In this document: positions 37,812-50,600 of the stretch, piece after piece
Position numbering within the stretch: position 1 is the first letter of the stretch
Layout of the letters: each line of letters opens with the position of its first letter
DNA from: Intoshia linei
Taxonomy: Eukaryota; Animalia; Orthonectida
Direction of reading: 5' to 3'
Assembly: GCA_001642005.1 (NCBI GenBank)
Contig: LWCA01000014.1
Location: forward strand, 23,421-87,420
Length of the DNA stretch: 64,000 bases
Notes under the pieces: generated by a model
Told to the model about the DNA's origin: nothing
Database searches by the model: none
What the model saw: the letters and a program-made list of their open reading frames with translations, nothing else
Made by a program: the position numbers and the translations under genes

Positions 37812-39086
37812 CTTTAATGTACTAAGTTTTACTAAATTTCAAAAGCCAATAAATTTTACATTGTTTACATCAATAATTAATTATAGCATAGACTTTTGCG
37901 ATTTTATAATTTATTGATATTATCTATCCTCATTTAGATAATAGCTTGACTATTATGTACTTAGCCTAAGTCTCAGAAACAGCACCTGACTATTTTTATA
38001 AATATTTCTATTACAGTTTTTCGAGAGTAATTTTATCGCAAATTTATAATAAATAAAATAAACAAATAAAATATATATAATCTGATAAAGATTGTAAATT
38101 CATCAACATTATGATAATTTTCAATTTCAAAATTTTATATCTTCATGGCCAAAGCCACAAATTACCATTTTATGTAAAAATTAAAAAAGTCCCAGAATTT
38201 TATACAATATAAATTCTGAGGTAGTTTTTAAAATCATAACCATTATCATAAATGGCAACCTCAAAAAAGTGTATTTTCACGATCAAAATTCCAGATTACC
38301 CTTTGTTAAAAAAATGAAAACAGACGCAGAATTTAAAAAAAATTACAGATGATACAATTATATCCAGTTAACACACAAAAATTTTTAATCTGACAAACTG
38401 ACGCCTTCACGGTAAAAAAACTAGTTTAGTATTAATTTTTTTATTTCGAAACTAAATTCACCGTTTTTAAAAATATAATAAGCGTAGCATTTAAAAATTA
38501 AATAAAGCTAAACATTTTTTCTATTTAGCATACTCAAAAAATTTAAACATCACAAAGTGTCACACTTAGGGTCAAAAAGCACCCTAGTATTTCTTTTTTT
38601 ATTTGGTAACTATTTTATAATACATATGTATAACAAAATATTTAAAACACGAAAAATTTTCAATAACAAATTGCCTTAAAATTATAAAAAAAGGACAAAA
38701 TAAATATTTTAGCAATGTTCTGATGTACAGTCCACCGAAAAACAACAACCGGGTCCAAGTTAAAAGTCTCTCCTTTAAGACATTAAAATAACGGTCGAAA
38801 TGAAATACATTATGAACACGTGCCGAAATTTCGATTCATGTCGGCTCTAATGTATTTTATTACTTTACAAATTTTTAAAAATATGAAAATAAAGATAAAT
38901 TTGTTTATCATGAATATACAAGACAATATTGATTGATTAAAAAGCTATGATTAATATTATAAAAAATTATCTGCAGTAGTCTAAGAAAAGTTATTTTATT
39001 AATCTATAGATACATCAAAACATATCATTTCTATGTTTCATTATGTATAGTGATTTTGTTTTTCTATAAAATCATCATAAATATAA

Positions 39087-40859
39087 ATGGAAAACTTGAA
39101 ATGTAACGTTTGCTTAAAATTACCAAAGAATGGGCACATGTGTACAAAATGTAGCAAAATTTTTTGTAAAGCTTGTATTGGAGTTTAATATATATGATAT
39201 ATATTATAATAAACTATTTAGAAGTGGCTGGCACAATCTAGCACATGCTCAAGTTGTCAGTAAATATATCCTTGAATGTAATTTAAAAATATATCTAGAC
39301 AATTTGTTCAATGGAAAGATTTCATTAGAGTTAGATGGTTGGACGAGTTTAAAGAAAGTGACATACCAGATAAAGAAATATTGTAATTGACATAAATATA
39401 TATACAAAATTATTGTTATAATGAGTTGTCGTTTTAGATGTCCTTTGCATAACAAAATTTATGAATTCTTTTGTAATGCTTGTACAAATGTATATTGTTC
39501 TTATTGTATAATTGATGATGTAAATTAAAATTTGAATGTATAATAATGTGGTTTTCTTTAGCATAAATATCACAATGTGTCAAAATTGGAAGATAAAATT
39601 TTAGAAGTAAAAGAAAAACTAAAACCAATGCTTAATAGAGATAAGGAATTATTTAAACAAATTGCAAAATTTAAAAAAATATTTGTATTTTAAAAGAGAA
39701 GTGAATTTTAAATATATTTAGAACACAGATTTATCTACTGATACAGAGAAAATTAAAACATTTTTAAATAAAATTTTGCAAGAAATCGTTGATTATACCG
39801 TACTTCAATTGGAAAGGGTAAATCAAAAATCAACTGATATGAAAAAGTACACAGACATGTTGGAAATTATACATGGTGAAATTCAAGAAATCAGCGGACC
39901 AGCATTGATTAAGGCTGCTAGAAAATATTTCATTCATAAAGATACTAATAAAATACATGATAATTTAAAGTTTATAGACATTTCAAGTAATAAAAATAAT
40001 GTCAGGTAATATCATCATTAAATTTTACTACAATAATACTGTAGTTTTAATATAAACGTTGAGAAAGACTGTTTCACAAAATTATTAATGTTACACGATT
40101 TAATTGGATGCAGTGAAGGAAACGTGGCAATTCAGTTTAATTGCCCAGAATTTTCATGTCAATCAGGTGCTTTTAATTTTTAGTTAAATTTATTAGCCAA
40201 AAATATTTTTAAAATTACATTTCATTATGATAACATTATGTTTAGATCAATATGATTCACAGTCTGATTATAGTGAACGAGGTAATATTTAATTATAAAT
40301 TATTGTACCATCGGCCTCTATATTTCCATTAAAACGAATAACTTTTTATATTTATAACTGTTTTATATTTTCCAATTATGTGGTGATTTAAAAAAATATA
40401 ATTTAATTTTTGTATTAGGGGCCATTCTTGATAACTACTAAAAAGTAGGAATATAGTGGTGTGTAATTATTTAGATCCATATTGCATAATTTTCATCATT
40501 TATTTAGATAGTTGGAATAATGGTTCGACTACATCTTTAAGCAGCAGTAATTATACTTTAATTTATAATAATAGCTAATTGGTGGTGACTGCTAACAATA
40601 CTTAACTAATACTTGTTATACTTGTAATTTTGTCTTTTTCCTTAATTTTTTTCAGTGAAAGTAATCATCATTAAAAAATTAACTATTACTATGATATATG
40701 TCTATAATATTATTTTATTATGTAATATTTAATTTTCTAAACTTGCAAATAGATTCTGATAACGACTCCACGTGCCAAAGTAGAACACCCATTCAAATAC
40801 CAATGTTACTGTATACTAACAACCAAAACACAGATTATGAAGAAGAGGTTGAAGAATAA
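39087..40859 (+). CDS. TRIM37-like RING / B-box / coiled-coil protein (short)
   Basis: Spliced RING LKCNVCLKLPKNGHMCTKCSKIFCKACIGKWLAQSSTCSSC..FIRVRWLDE, B-box CPLHNKIYEFFCNACTNVYCSYCIIDDHKYH, coiled coil 39722-40005, Ser/acidic small exons, stop 40857-40859. Confidence 0.75.
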
Positions 40860-43145
40860 AAAAAAATAATATTTATACTCATGTAAAATAAATTTTTGAA
40901 GCAATTATATTTATCATTTAAATACCGGAAATCAGTGCAGAACTTAACGTACCCGATACCCGAAGTAGGTCTCCACGAAATTTTTGTTAAATGATCTAAT
41001 TTATTAAATTTCTCCAAATTAAACATTCAAAAATTATAATCTTGAATATCATAACTATTTTGTGTTTTGCATTAAAAATTTTAAATCAAGAACCATAAAG
41101 AGGTGGCCAGGAGCTATAAGACAATACGGATTGTCTTTGAACATTTTTTATTTTTGGTAATCCTCGATTTATGAATTTGATGGACTAATAGTTTATTACC
41201 AAGTTTAATCATTGTTGATTCAACAGTGTTGAAATTGCATATGATATAATGAATCCAATTGATTTAACTTGATTAAAAGATATCTAGCTAAACCTTATCG
41301 TTAATTTTAATTATACGTCAAAATTCATCGTATTATGCCATTTTAATCATACTATTTATCATATCTACACCTTTTTACAATCACATTTGCAAAATCTCAG
41401 TTTTATTTTTAAATCGTTAATTAACATTGGGATTATTTTTTAATATTTATAGTATATCCTGTATTGTTATTTTAATTAACAAAGTAATTAAGTAGCTAAT
41501 TTAAGAAAAATAATTCCTCTTTGATAATCGGCGACATCAAGTAAATAATATTTTTTTTAATTATTTGTTGAAACCAATTGTTTCATTGATTATAATCAAT
41601 GAATATATTCAATGTCAGAACCAAATAATTTTAAATTGTAATATTAAATATTAGCTTTTTACCAGTTGTACCAAACATTATATTTTGTTTCGAACAGTTA
41701 GAACCTCCAATTCTAAAAATTATTAAATTTTCGAGCTTATTCGACCATAAAGTAAAATGTTTTATAGCTAATGGCCACTGTTCTTTGTCATTTGTTTTTT
41801 TAGTACGTTCGTTCTATATTATAAATACTATTTTAATTAATTATCATTGTAAATAAAGTTATTTGGGTCAATGATGTGTAAAACTTGTAAAATCGAAAAA
41901 ATCCTTATAACTTATAACTGAAATCAAAATGATAACATATACTTATATATTATGCTACGCAATTTTTGTTTGTATGTGTGTGTTCCACTTTATTTAAATA
42001 ACTACCCGTTTTAGAATTTGATAAAGTCCTCATTTTAATTACAGTTTTTTGTAGGGGGGGTTTGCAAAATAAATTTCAACCTCCCAAACTCACATTTTAT
42101 AGGTAAAAAACCCCAATTGTCCCTTTTTTAAAAATGAAACAAGTTGGAAAATTTAAAAAAAGATATACGCTGATAAAGATTTTAAAATCATAAACCTTAT
42201 CATAAATTTAAATTTAAAAAAATTATATCTTTAGGGCCAAAACCACAAATTACCTTTTTTTTATGAAAACAAAGCTAGAATTTAAAAAAAATTACAGGTA
42301 AAATGCTAATTAGCATTTATTTTATGTATTAATACATACCAAAATGGTTTATACAAAATGTTGATTTGTGGTGATCCACAGAAATTTATAAATTGATTAA
42401 AACGTTTCGAATATTAAGTTAGATGGTACCATAATTATATTACATGCTTTAGCATTAAATTAGACGATGAAACTATTGAAATAGTCTAAGCATTAACTAT
42501 TAAATATTTATTAAACTGTTACTTAATATATATCATCACATTGAAAATGACAAAATAGGTTTTTATAATATATTTTTTCTGGAATTTATGTTGTTTATGA
42601 CAATTTTTAACATTTGACTGTTTTTAATTTATTTTTAATATTATACACACATTCTGTATAATAAATTAAAAAAATAAGATAACAATTGTTTTTAAAATTC
42701 TTTACGCAAATATTGACAAACAGAAAATTAATATAAAATACTTCACTTTAAAGTAAAAAGTAATGTGATATGATGGTTCTATCTGAAATAAGTTTGGGAA
42801 CCACTCCTTTAAAGGATTGATAATGGTAAATAGTAGAATTTTTAAGTTGGATTTTCAACGTGAATTTATTTTTTAAGTATAATAAAAATGTGCCCTCGGC
42901 AGAGCTAGGTCCTTTTTGTACGTAGTACATAACAGTCAACCCAGTATATTTTAAAAAGCAAAAAATCTGTAGATTTTTTGAATAAAGACAGTTAATTTTT
43001 ATCCGTCCTGTATACGTTTAACTAAAATTATAAATTTATATTTTCATGTTAACAATATTGAACCAAAAAAATAAATTAACATAATGTACATATCAAAAAA
43101 TGTGTGTGTTACAATTATATGTCCTTCGTAAAATTTAATAAAAAA

Positions 43146-43217
43146 CTCCCCGGCCGGGATTTGAACCCGGGTCACTCGCGTGACAGGCGAGTATACTTAC
43201 CACTATACTACCGAGGA
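43146..43217 (-). tRNA. tRNA-Asp (GTC), identical second copy
   Basis: Same 72-nt sequence as 23079-23150, followed by T5. Confidence 0.97.
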
Positions 43218-44683
43218 TATGTGAATTTTATAAAATAAGTATATTATACTTAATCACATAAAAATGTATCAAATTTCTGTTGTTATTTTTCAAAACGTTA
43301 AATAACCCATTAGATTATTTCAGTAGATTAATTGCGTTCAATTAAATTAAAAGTAACATTATTTAATAATATACTTATCACCTAGAAACATACCATTTGT
43401 AGATTACAATGTAATTTAATTAATTATACTATCTTTACAATGTAAAGTTTACATGATTACAAATTGTGATTCACAATTTTATTCGTTATTTAAAATGTAT
43501 TTATAAATTAAGCTGATGTGTACAGTGGAATCCGCTTATAAGAGACGTCCGGATATAAGGGACAAAAATGAAATTAATATTTTACAGCCAAATAAATATT
43601 TTTATAAGTGTGCGTTTTTATGAAGAATTGTTATAGTAATATAGAATAGTTACATTAAAAATTGATATACAGTGGTGGTTAGGGTGTTTCACATAATGGA
43701 ATCTCTCTTAGCCTTAGTAAAAATGAGTCTAGTATTATAATTAAAAACATCATGTCAGCATTAAAATTTGCAAAAATTGTGGGGTTGAGTTGCGCACGAC
43801 GTTTAAAGTTTTCAACTTAATATTAATTTAAACATGTATATTATAGTTTATTTTGTATAATATTTTTATAATTTATAAATATTTTTTATATAGAATTTAA
43901 ATTTAACTCAATGTAAGTCTTAAATAATTAAAGTATAATGAGTAGTATTACATAACAAATACAAATATTTAATATCGGATAAAAAAATGAGTACATTTTG
44001 ATGATCGGATATGTAAAAATTGGTCAAATCAAGTAGTTGAGTAATTGGTTATATACGTCTAATGCGAAGGAAATGGAAGAATTTCAATTGATGTTCATCT
44101 AAATTAATTTATTCATTTCCAATTCATATAAAAATTAACCAATATGGCCAATAATAAAGATATAATAACAATATATTGTATATAATATTGATATAAAGAT
44201 AATAGCAATATGGAATCACAGTTTTAGTTTTGGTAAAGGGTCAATTTTGTCATGAATGAATATACTATTAATCAGAAAATGATATGTTTTAGCATAATAT
44301 GAATTTTAAAAACAAAAGTTTGAAAAACTAATAAAATAATTACTGGGCTGCATATAATCATTTGGAAAATGTTGACTGTAAAGCGGGACGATTAATAATA
44401 ATTATTAATTATAATTGGCCATAAAATAAATTTAGAACGTAATTAACAGATTTAAAAAATTTAATTGATAGATTCAAATCAATTAAAATATAACACTACG
44501 TAGGTAATCAAAATTAATTAAAATTAATTGAGTTTTTAAAGTGCAACGCTTTTTATATATTTTTCACTGAGTAAATTTTAGTCTATTAAGTTAGGAAAAT
44601 TAACTACATTTGAAACTTGTACATCAAGTGATACTAGGATATTATGTTTACATAAATGTACAAATAATACAATTCGAGATAAT

Positions 44684-47600
44684 ATGTCACATCGACTACT
44701 AAACTACATAGTGGTCTGTGAAATTGATTACGCGAATATTGATGGTTTAAACATCTTTTGATATATTTATTTTAATTTTAGTTATCAAAATTACTAGTGG
44801 TACTAAAGCTAAAGTCACTCAATCTATTCCTACAATTGAATGGAAAGATGTACCAAAAACTCCCAATATTTCATCTGTAATTATACCATATTATGTATAA
44901 AAAAATAAAACAGATGGCTAATCCTCTCGGTTGGAATATTACCAAAGAACCAATCAAGCCAAAATTTTTTACAACTACTTTGACTGATGCGGATGGTCGA
45001 CATTCTTATTTACCAACGTTAATATTTTCTCAACTATTGGAAAATGGCCTATATGGTCAATCAACAGTTTCAATCGCCACAGCTTGGGAATCTGTATCGA
45101 TTTTTAAAGTAATACGTATGCATTTATTATATAATTTTATTTTTAGTATTTACTTTGCAAAATTCATCAATCTCATGTATCTAAACACGAAAAGAGTTTA
45201 ACGCCAAACATAATTATTTCCAACTTATTTGAAACAATGTTCTTGTTTAATATGAGTATTTTATATAATTTTTTAATGGATTCGGAACATAATGGAATTT
45301 TATAACAAACTATTCATATAGTACAGTTTTTCTTAACTGATGCATTCAGTCGCACCATTAAAATAGTGATGTTTCAAAATCTGATCGGGTGAAAAAATGA
45401 TACATAAAAAATATAATAGTCAACAACATCTATTACCTAAACTCAGAGATAACCGATTGTTGGGTCCCCTATAAACGTATGAGTAATTTAACTATCTAAA
45501 TTTTTAAATCGAACTGCAAGCACATTTTATATAATGCTAATTTCACAAATTACCACAAATTCATTCGTTTTATAGTAAATAATTTTTAATGGCTTATTTT
45601 TGGAGTATTCGAGTAAGTTGATAACATTGAATTTTATCTTTTAAAATGTTTATTTCAAACGGTTTGTAATGGCATATAACTCTAACGCTCTTAGTGGACC
45701 TGGACTTGACAGATAAGATAAAAAGAAAAGATGCAGTGATACCAATTAAAAGACGTTGTATTATAATAATAATTATCTTATGAACCATTTTTCTAAATTT
45801 TGATTTTAATTAATTTTAAATATTCTATGATGAACCAAGTCAAGCAAACCGGACTGCATATTATAATTTTAATTTATACATTTAGACAAACGTCTTGTCG
45901 AAATCGACATCGGAAATAAAAATGTAATGATTATTGAACACAACAGACATTTAGACATTAGAAATAGCAACGGTTATATTCAAGTTCTCATTTCAAATAT
46001 AGGTTTGACATTCCGAAACTATTATTTTAGATGATCGAAAAGTGATCAATACGTATATATGCCATCTAACGCATTTAAGCGTATTCAATCAAATAAATGT
46101 CTAAAATGAGAATTTAGTGGAGTTATTGAAAAAAAATGATGTATCAATCGTTATTCGTCGAATAAAAATTGATTTAAAATTAGTACTTACTCTTCGAGAA
46201 TTTACTCTACTACAGAGCTTGTCAACCAGTGTACCATTAGAAAATCTTAAATATCAGATGTTTATATACATCCTTACTTATATAAAGTGAAATGGTTAAA
46301 AATTTATGTGTGTTTATTTGTTCCAGTTTATTTAGGAAAGTAGGGGGAGTCAAATATAAAAAATTTCATATTATGATAATTTTCAATATAAAAATCTTAT
46401 AACTTCATAAGCTTTTTTATAAATGTTTACCTCAAAAAAGGTAATTTTCATGGTCAAAAACCCAGTTTACCCTTTTATAAGAATGAAAACAGCCTTAGAA
46501 TTTAAAAAAATAAGATATGTACAATGTACATTGTACACGTTTTGGGAAAAACGGTATTAGAAATTGGGTTTTTTTAAATTTTACGACTGTTAATTTTTTA
46601 AATAAATGGTAAGACACAGAAATTCAATTTTATATAAGTAAAGGATATTTCAAAAGAATTGAAATAATTATAACTGGGCCAATAAAAAAATTTATTGATT
46701 GGATCCGTACGCGGGCTATTCACAATTTGATTGACTGATACTTTAAATTTAAAAAAGAACTAAATACATTATATTATTAGATCTTATTGGGAATTACGAT
46801 CAATTGCATTTTAATATAATATAATTGTTATCTGTAAAAATTTGATTTTGAGTAGATACATTAACATAAATGTCATTAATTTCATTGAAGAGATTTGGAA
46901 ACCCTAGGATTAAGTAAGTGGACACTGGTAGAGAAATACTTATTTATCACCTCGATTTTACAATACATTACAATATGACTTAAGTTGCCGAATGTTTTTA
47001 TTGTGAACCCAATTTGCAAATATATTCAATGGTCCTAGAAAATAATTATAATTAATGTTGCATTTTAATAAATTTTACATAATAAATAATACAAGTAATA
47101 TTATTTTACTTTACATGGTCCCAAATATTTCAAAATTTTTCATGACTCCACATTTTTTCTTAGACATAGAGGCCCATACCGTTCGCTTAGGGTCCTTGTC
47201 TATAATCATGAATATCAAATAAAGAATATTATGAAAGAAGAATAACATAAATTAACATATATTATATAATTATAAATATAAATATAGTAATAATAATATT
47301 TAATTATTACAAGAACGTATATTATTTAATATCAATTATAATTATCATTTAACATATTGTGATATTAATAATTTAGGAATTTTTAACACAGTCAAACTAT
47401 TTGCTGGATTAATTACCGATCATAGAATTATTATATTTTCTGATACAATGAATCGGCTATATGAAACTAGTAATTAAATTCATTATATAGGATTTTCAGT
47501 TATTTTTGGTATGTTTGCAACAATTTATTTTCCTATGAACATTATTTTGAAAATCATAAGTCGTGTTAATTTTTTTTGGAATGCCTGACTTTTAAAAGTT

Positions 47601-50600
47601 TAAATCATTAAATTATTAAATTATTTCTTTATTAAATTTTTTTAATATTATTTCTGTGAACGGTTGATTTATATCCAAAACTATATCAATCATATTATTA
47701 TTATAGATGATTTCACAGTTACACTTGCAATTAGTGATTGTGATTTCCCGGGAAAAATAAAAATTTTTTATTTACATATAATATAGAGGCATTAAAAATT
47801 TTAGAGACATTAATTAATTTTAGAAACAAACAGAAATTTAATTAATGAAATAACACGAATCTTAGATTGAAATTTAAAAATTTTAAACGTCTTTTAAACG
47901 CGTTCTACGTTTTGTAACGAAATTATAAGCACTAGAGAAATTTCTTTCATTTTGTGTTGACGTAGGTTGAACGGTCATAAGGGTTCCTTTAATTTTAACA
48001 ATTTTGATGATAGCGTTCCAGTTCGTAACAACTCATAATATTTTTCAAAATAATATTGGAAAAAGAGAATAATTCCCTTAAGCGTTAGTAATTTGTGGTT
48101 GGAATAAGAGGTTTTTAAAAAAAGTATTGAAAAAGGATATTTTTTATTTGTAGTTTGATGAAGTGGATTTTTTTCATAAGATTTCGTAAAATCGGTTTTT
48201 CTAATAGAATATCGGTGTAAGTCAATTTTTTCATGAGGGCTTGAAATGGTAGTTTTGATTAAATTTTATTAGTGGTGGGATTTTTTAAATGGTAAATTTT
48301 AAATATTATAATATAATCATATTTGCATAGTAATAACAAACATGTATCAAATACAGGTATCTCTCAATTTTTTTCGTGAAATCTCGGGAAATCGTAAAAA
48401 TCCCGGAAATTATTAAATATCCCGGGAATTTTGTCCTGATTTTTTTTCTCGGCTAAATCACTACTTGCAATACTATTATATAATATATGCATCTTTTTGA
48501 AACATTTTAAAGGAAAGAAATTCAAGGGTCTGTGTAAATTTCAAAAAAAATAAAATATTTTTATGTCACTTTCGATCAGTCCTATTAATAATTATTTCTT
48601 GAGAATCACTGTATAAATTCTGATTATTTCTGATGATATTAAATATGTATTAGATTTCTGAATCGGATCGTTTCTAGGTGATATATGTGATATGAGGTTG
48701 TATATGTAAGTACGAACGAAACGAAAAATTTTTGTCCGAAACACGATTAAAATTTTAAAAAAAATTAATTAATAATTTAAAGTAATTGTAATTAATTTTA
48801 AATTAACTTAAAATTAGTTAGTGATATACGTCAAACACGAAATATAAAAAATGTTTCAACACGATCCCAAGTTCGAGTTCTGATCGTGTTGCAGAACTCT
48901 AACACCTATAATATAGGTTTTATATATCTCAAATAAAAATGATTTAAAACTTTTTTAGGTTATGCATTGTATGACTTACTTTACCCTCTCAAATATTGGT
49001 AATTAATTAAAATTATTGACAACTATGTGAGTAAACTACTTTAACTTTTAATAATAATTGTCACATAATTTTGTCCATTTCCAACCCAATGGATCATTGA
49101 TTAGTTTGGCAATATAATAGGAAAAATTTGGAAGGTTGACGTAAATTGAAGCCAATTTTCAGTTGACGAATTATCCGGAAATCTACATTTTCAAGCCTAC
49201 TCAATGATTATTATAATAAACATTGAGAATATTCTTAAATTCAATATTTTTACTAAAATTTGCTAACCCTTAAGGAAAAAATCCTAGTTTTGCTAACCCT
49301 AAAAGGAAAACTCCACTTTTACAATCCCTTTATGTAAAATTCTGTTTAATACATAATTTTATTTATTTAGCAACATATTTGTACCAATTATACCACTACC
49401 ATTGTTAAATATTGTAAATGCTCCTTCACCTTTTATCATAGGCATTCATAACAAATATAAAACTGAAGTGATGGAAATCATTGCGGTACATTTAAAATAA
49501 TAACTACAAATCTTTAAACCGCTATCCACAAAATACAATCATATGTTAATTGTGTCCTATTTTAGGACTCCTAATTGACGAAATTATTTGGCTCAGAAAA
49601 ATTTTTAATAAAAATTGTAAATTTCTCAAAAATTTTAGTTTTTATAATAAAACCTGTTTGATAAGGGCCTTTCTACGGAAAAAAATATCGATATTGAAAG
49701 TTTATTATATTAATACATTACTTTATATTTTTAGTCCCAATGCATTTACATCGATGTAGATATTGGATCAATCACTTATAGCGACGATTGTAATATTCCT
49801 TCTTTAAGCCATCCATCTATCGCTGAATTAATTTTTATTCTAAAAAAGGTACTAAAATAAATAATGGCATAGATTGCTTCATAATTGATATTAATTAAAG
49901 GTGCTTATTCCGACATTACAATACATGGACAGCCCTTTTTCAAGAAAAAATGAAAAAATAATGGATATTTATGAAACGGTGGATGAATTAAGGATTAAAT
50001 AATGTATATTTTTAGGAAAATTTATTGAGAGCCACTTTTATTTTGTTTTTTGTTAAATTATTCAATGGATACAGAGAATTTTTGATTGTTTTAAAGATTT
50101 TTCCCAAATCAATCATTAAATTTTTAAAAGAACAGTACATTTACTGCAGGAAATTGGGAGAAGATGAATTTTTCAATAGTTTAATAAATTCCATGATGTT
50201 TGATGTATTTATTACGACATACGCGCAACCTTATCGTAAGAAGACAATTTTTGATGAGGTTATTTCCTATTTATAACAAATCTATAAATAAAAATTAATT
50301 AGATTTACCAAGATTTTGTCAGTGTAGGATTAAAACAAAACATAACTGTAGATTATGTTCGACATGTGGCGCTAATCTTACAGAAGCAAGTAATATTTCA
50401 ATAAAAGCGTTTAAATTGTTTAAATTTAGATATGTAAATATCCAGAGTATCTTATGTTTGAAAGGGTAAAGTTAGAACATAATTTAGAAAATTATTCCAA
50501 TTTTCCTCGCATTGAAACAAAAAGTATCGATAAACTTGTGAAGGATTATAACGAGTATTTTCTATAAAATTAAATACATTTTACATGTATATTTATTTAG

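Noticed and set aside
49255-49310. CTAACCCT(A/T)A motifs resembling telomeric repeat or a telomerase template
   Set aside because: Part of a MITE subrepeat also seen at ~34510 and ~57795, not a tandem telomeric array.
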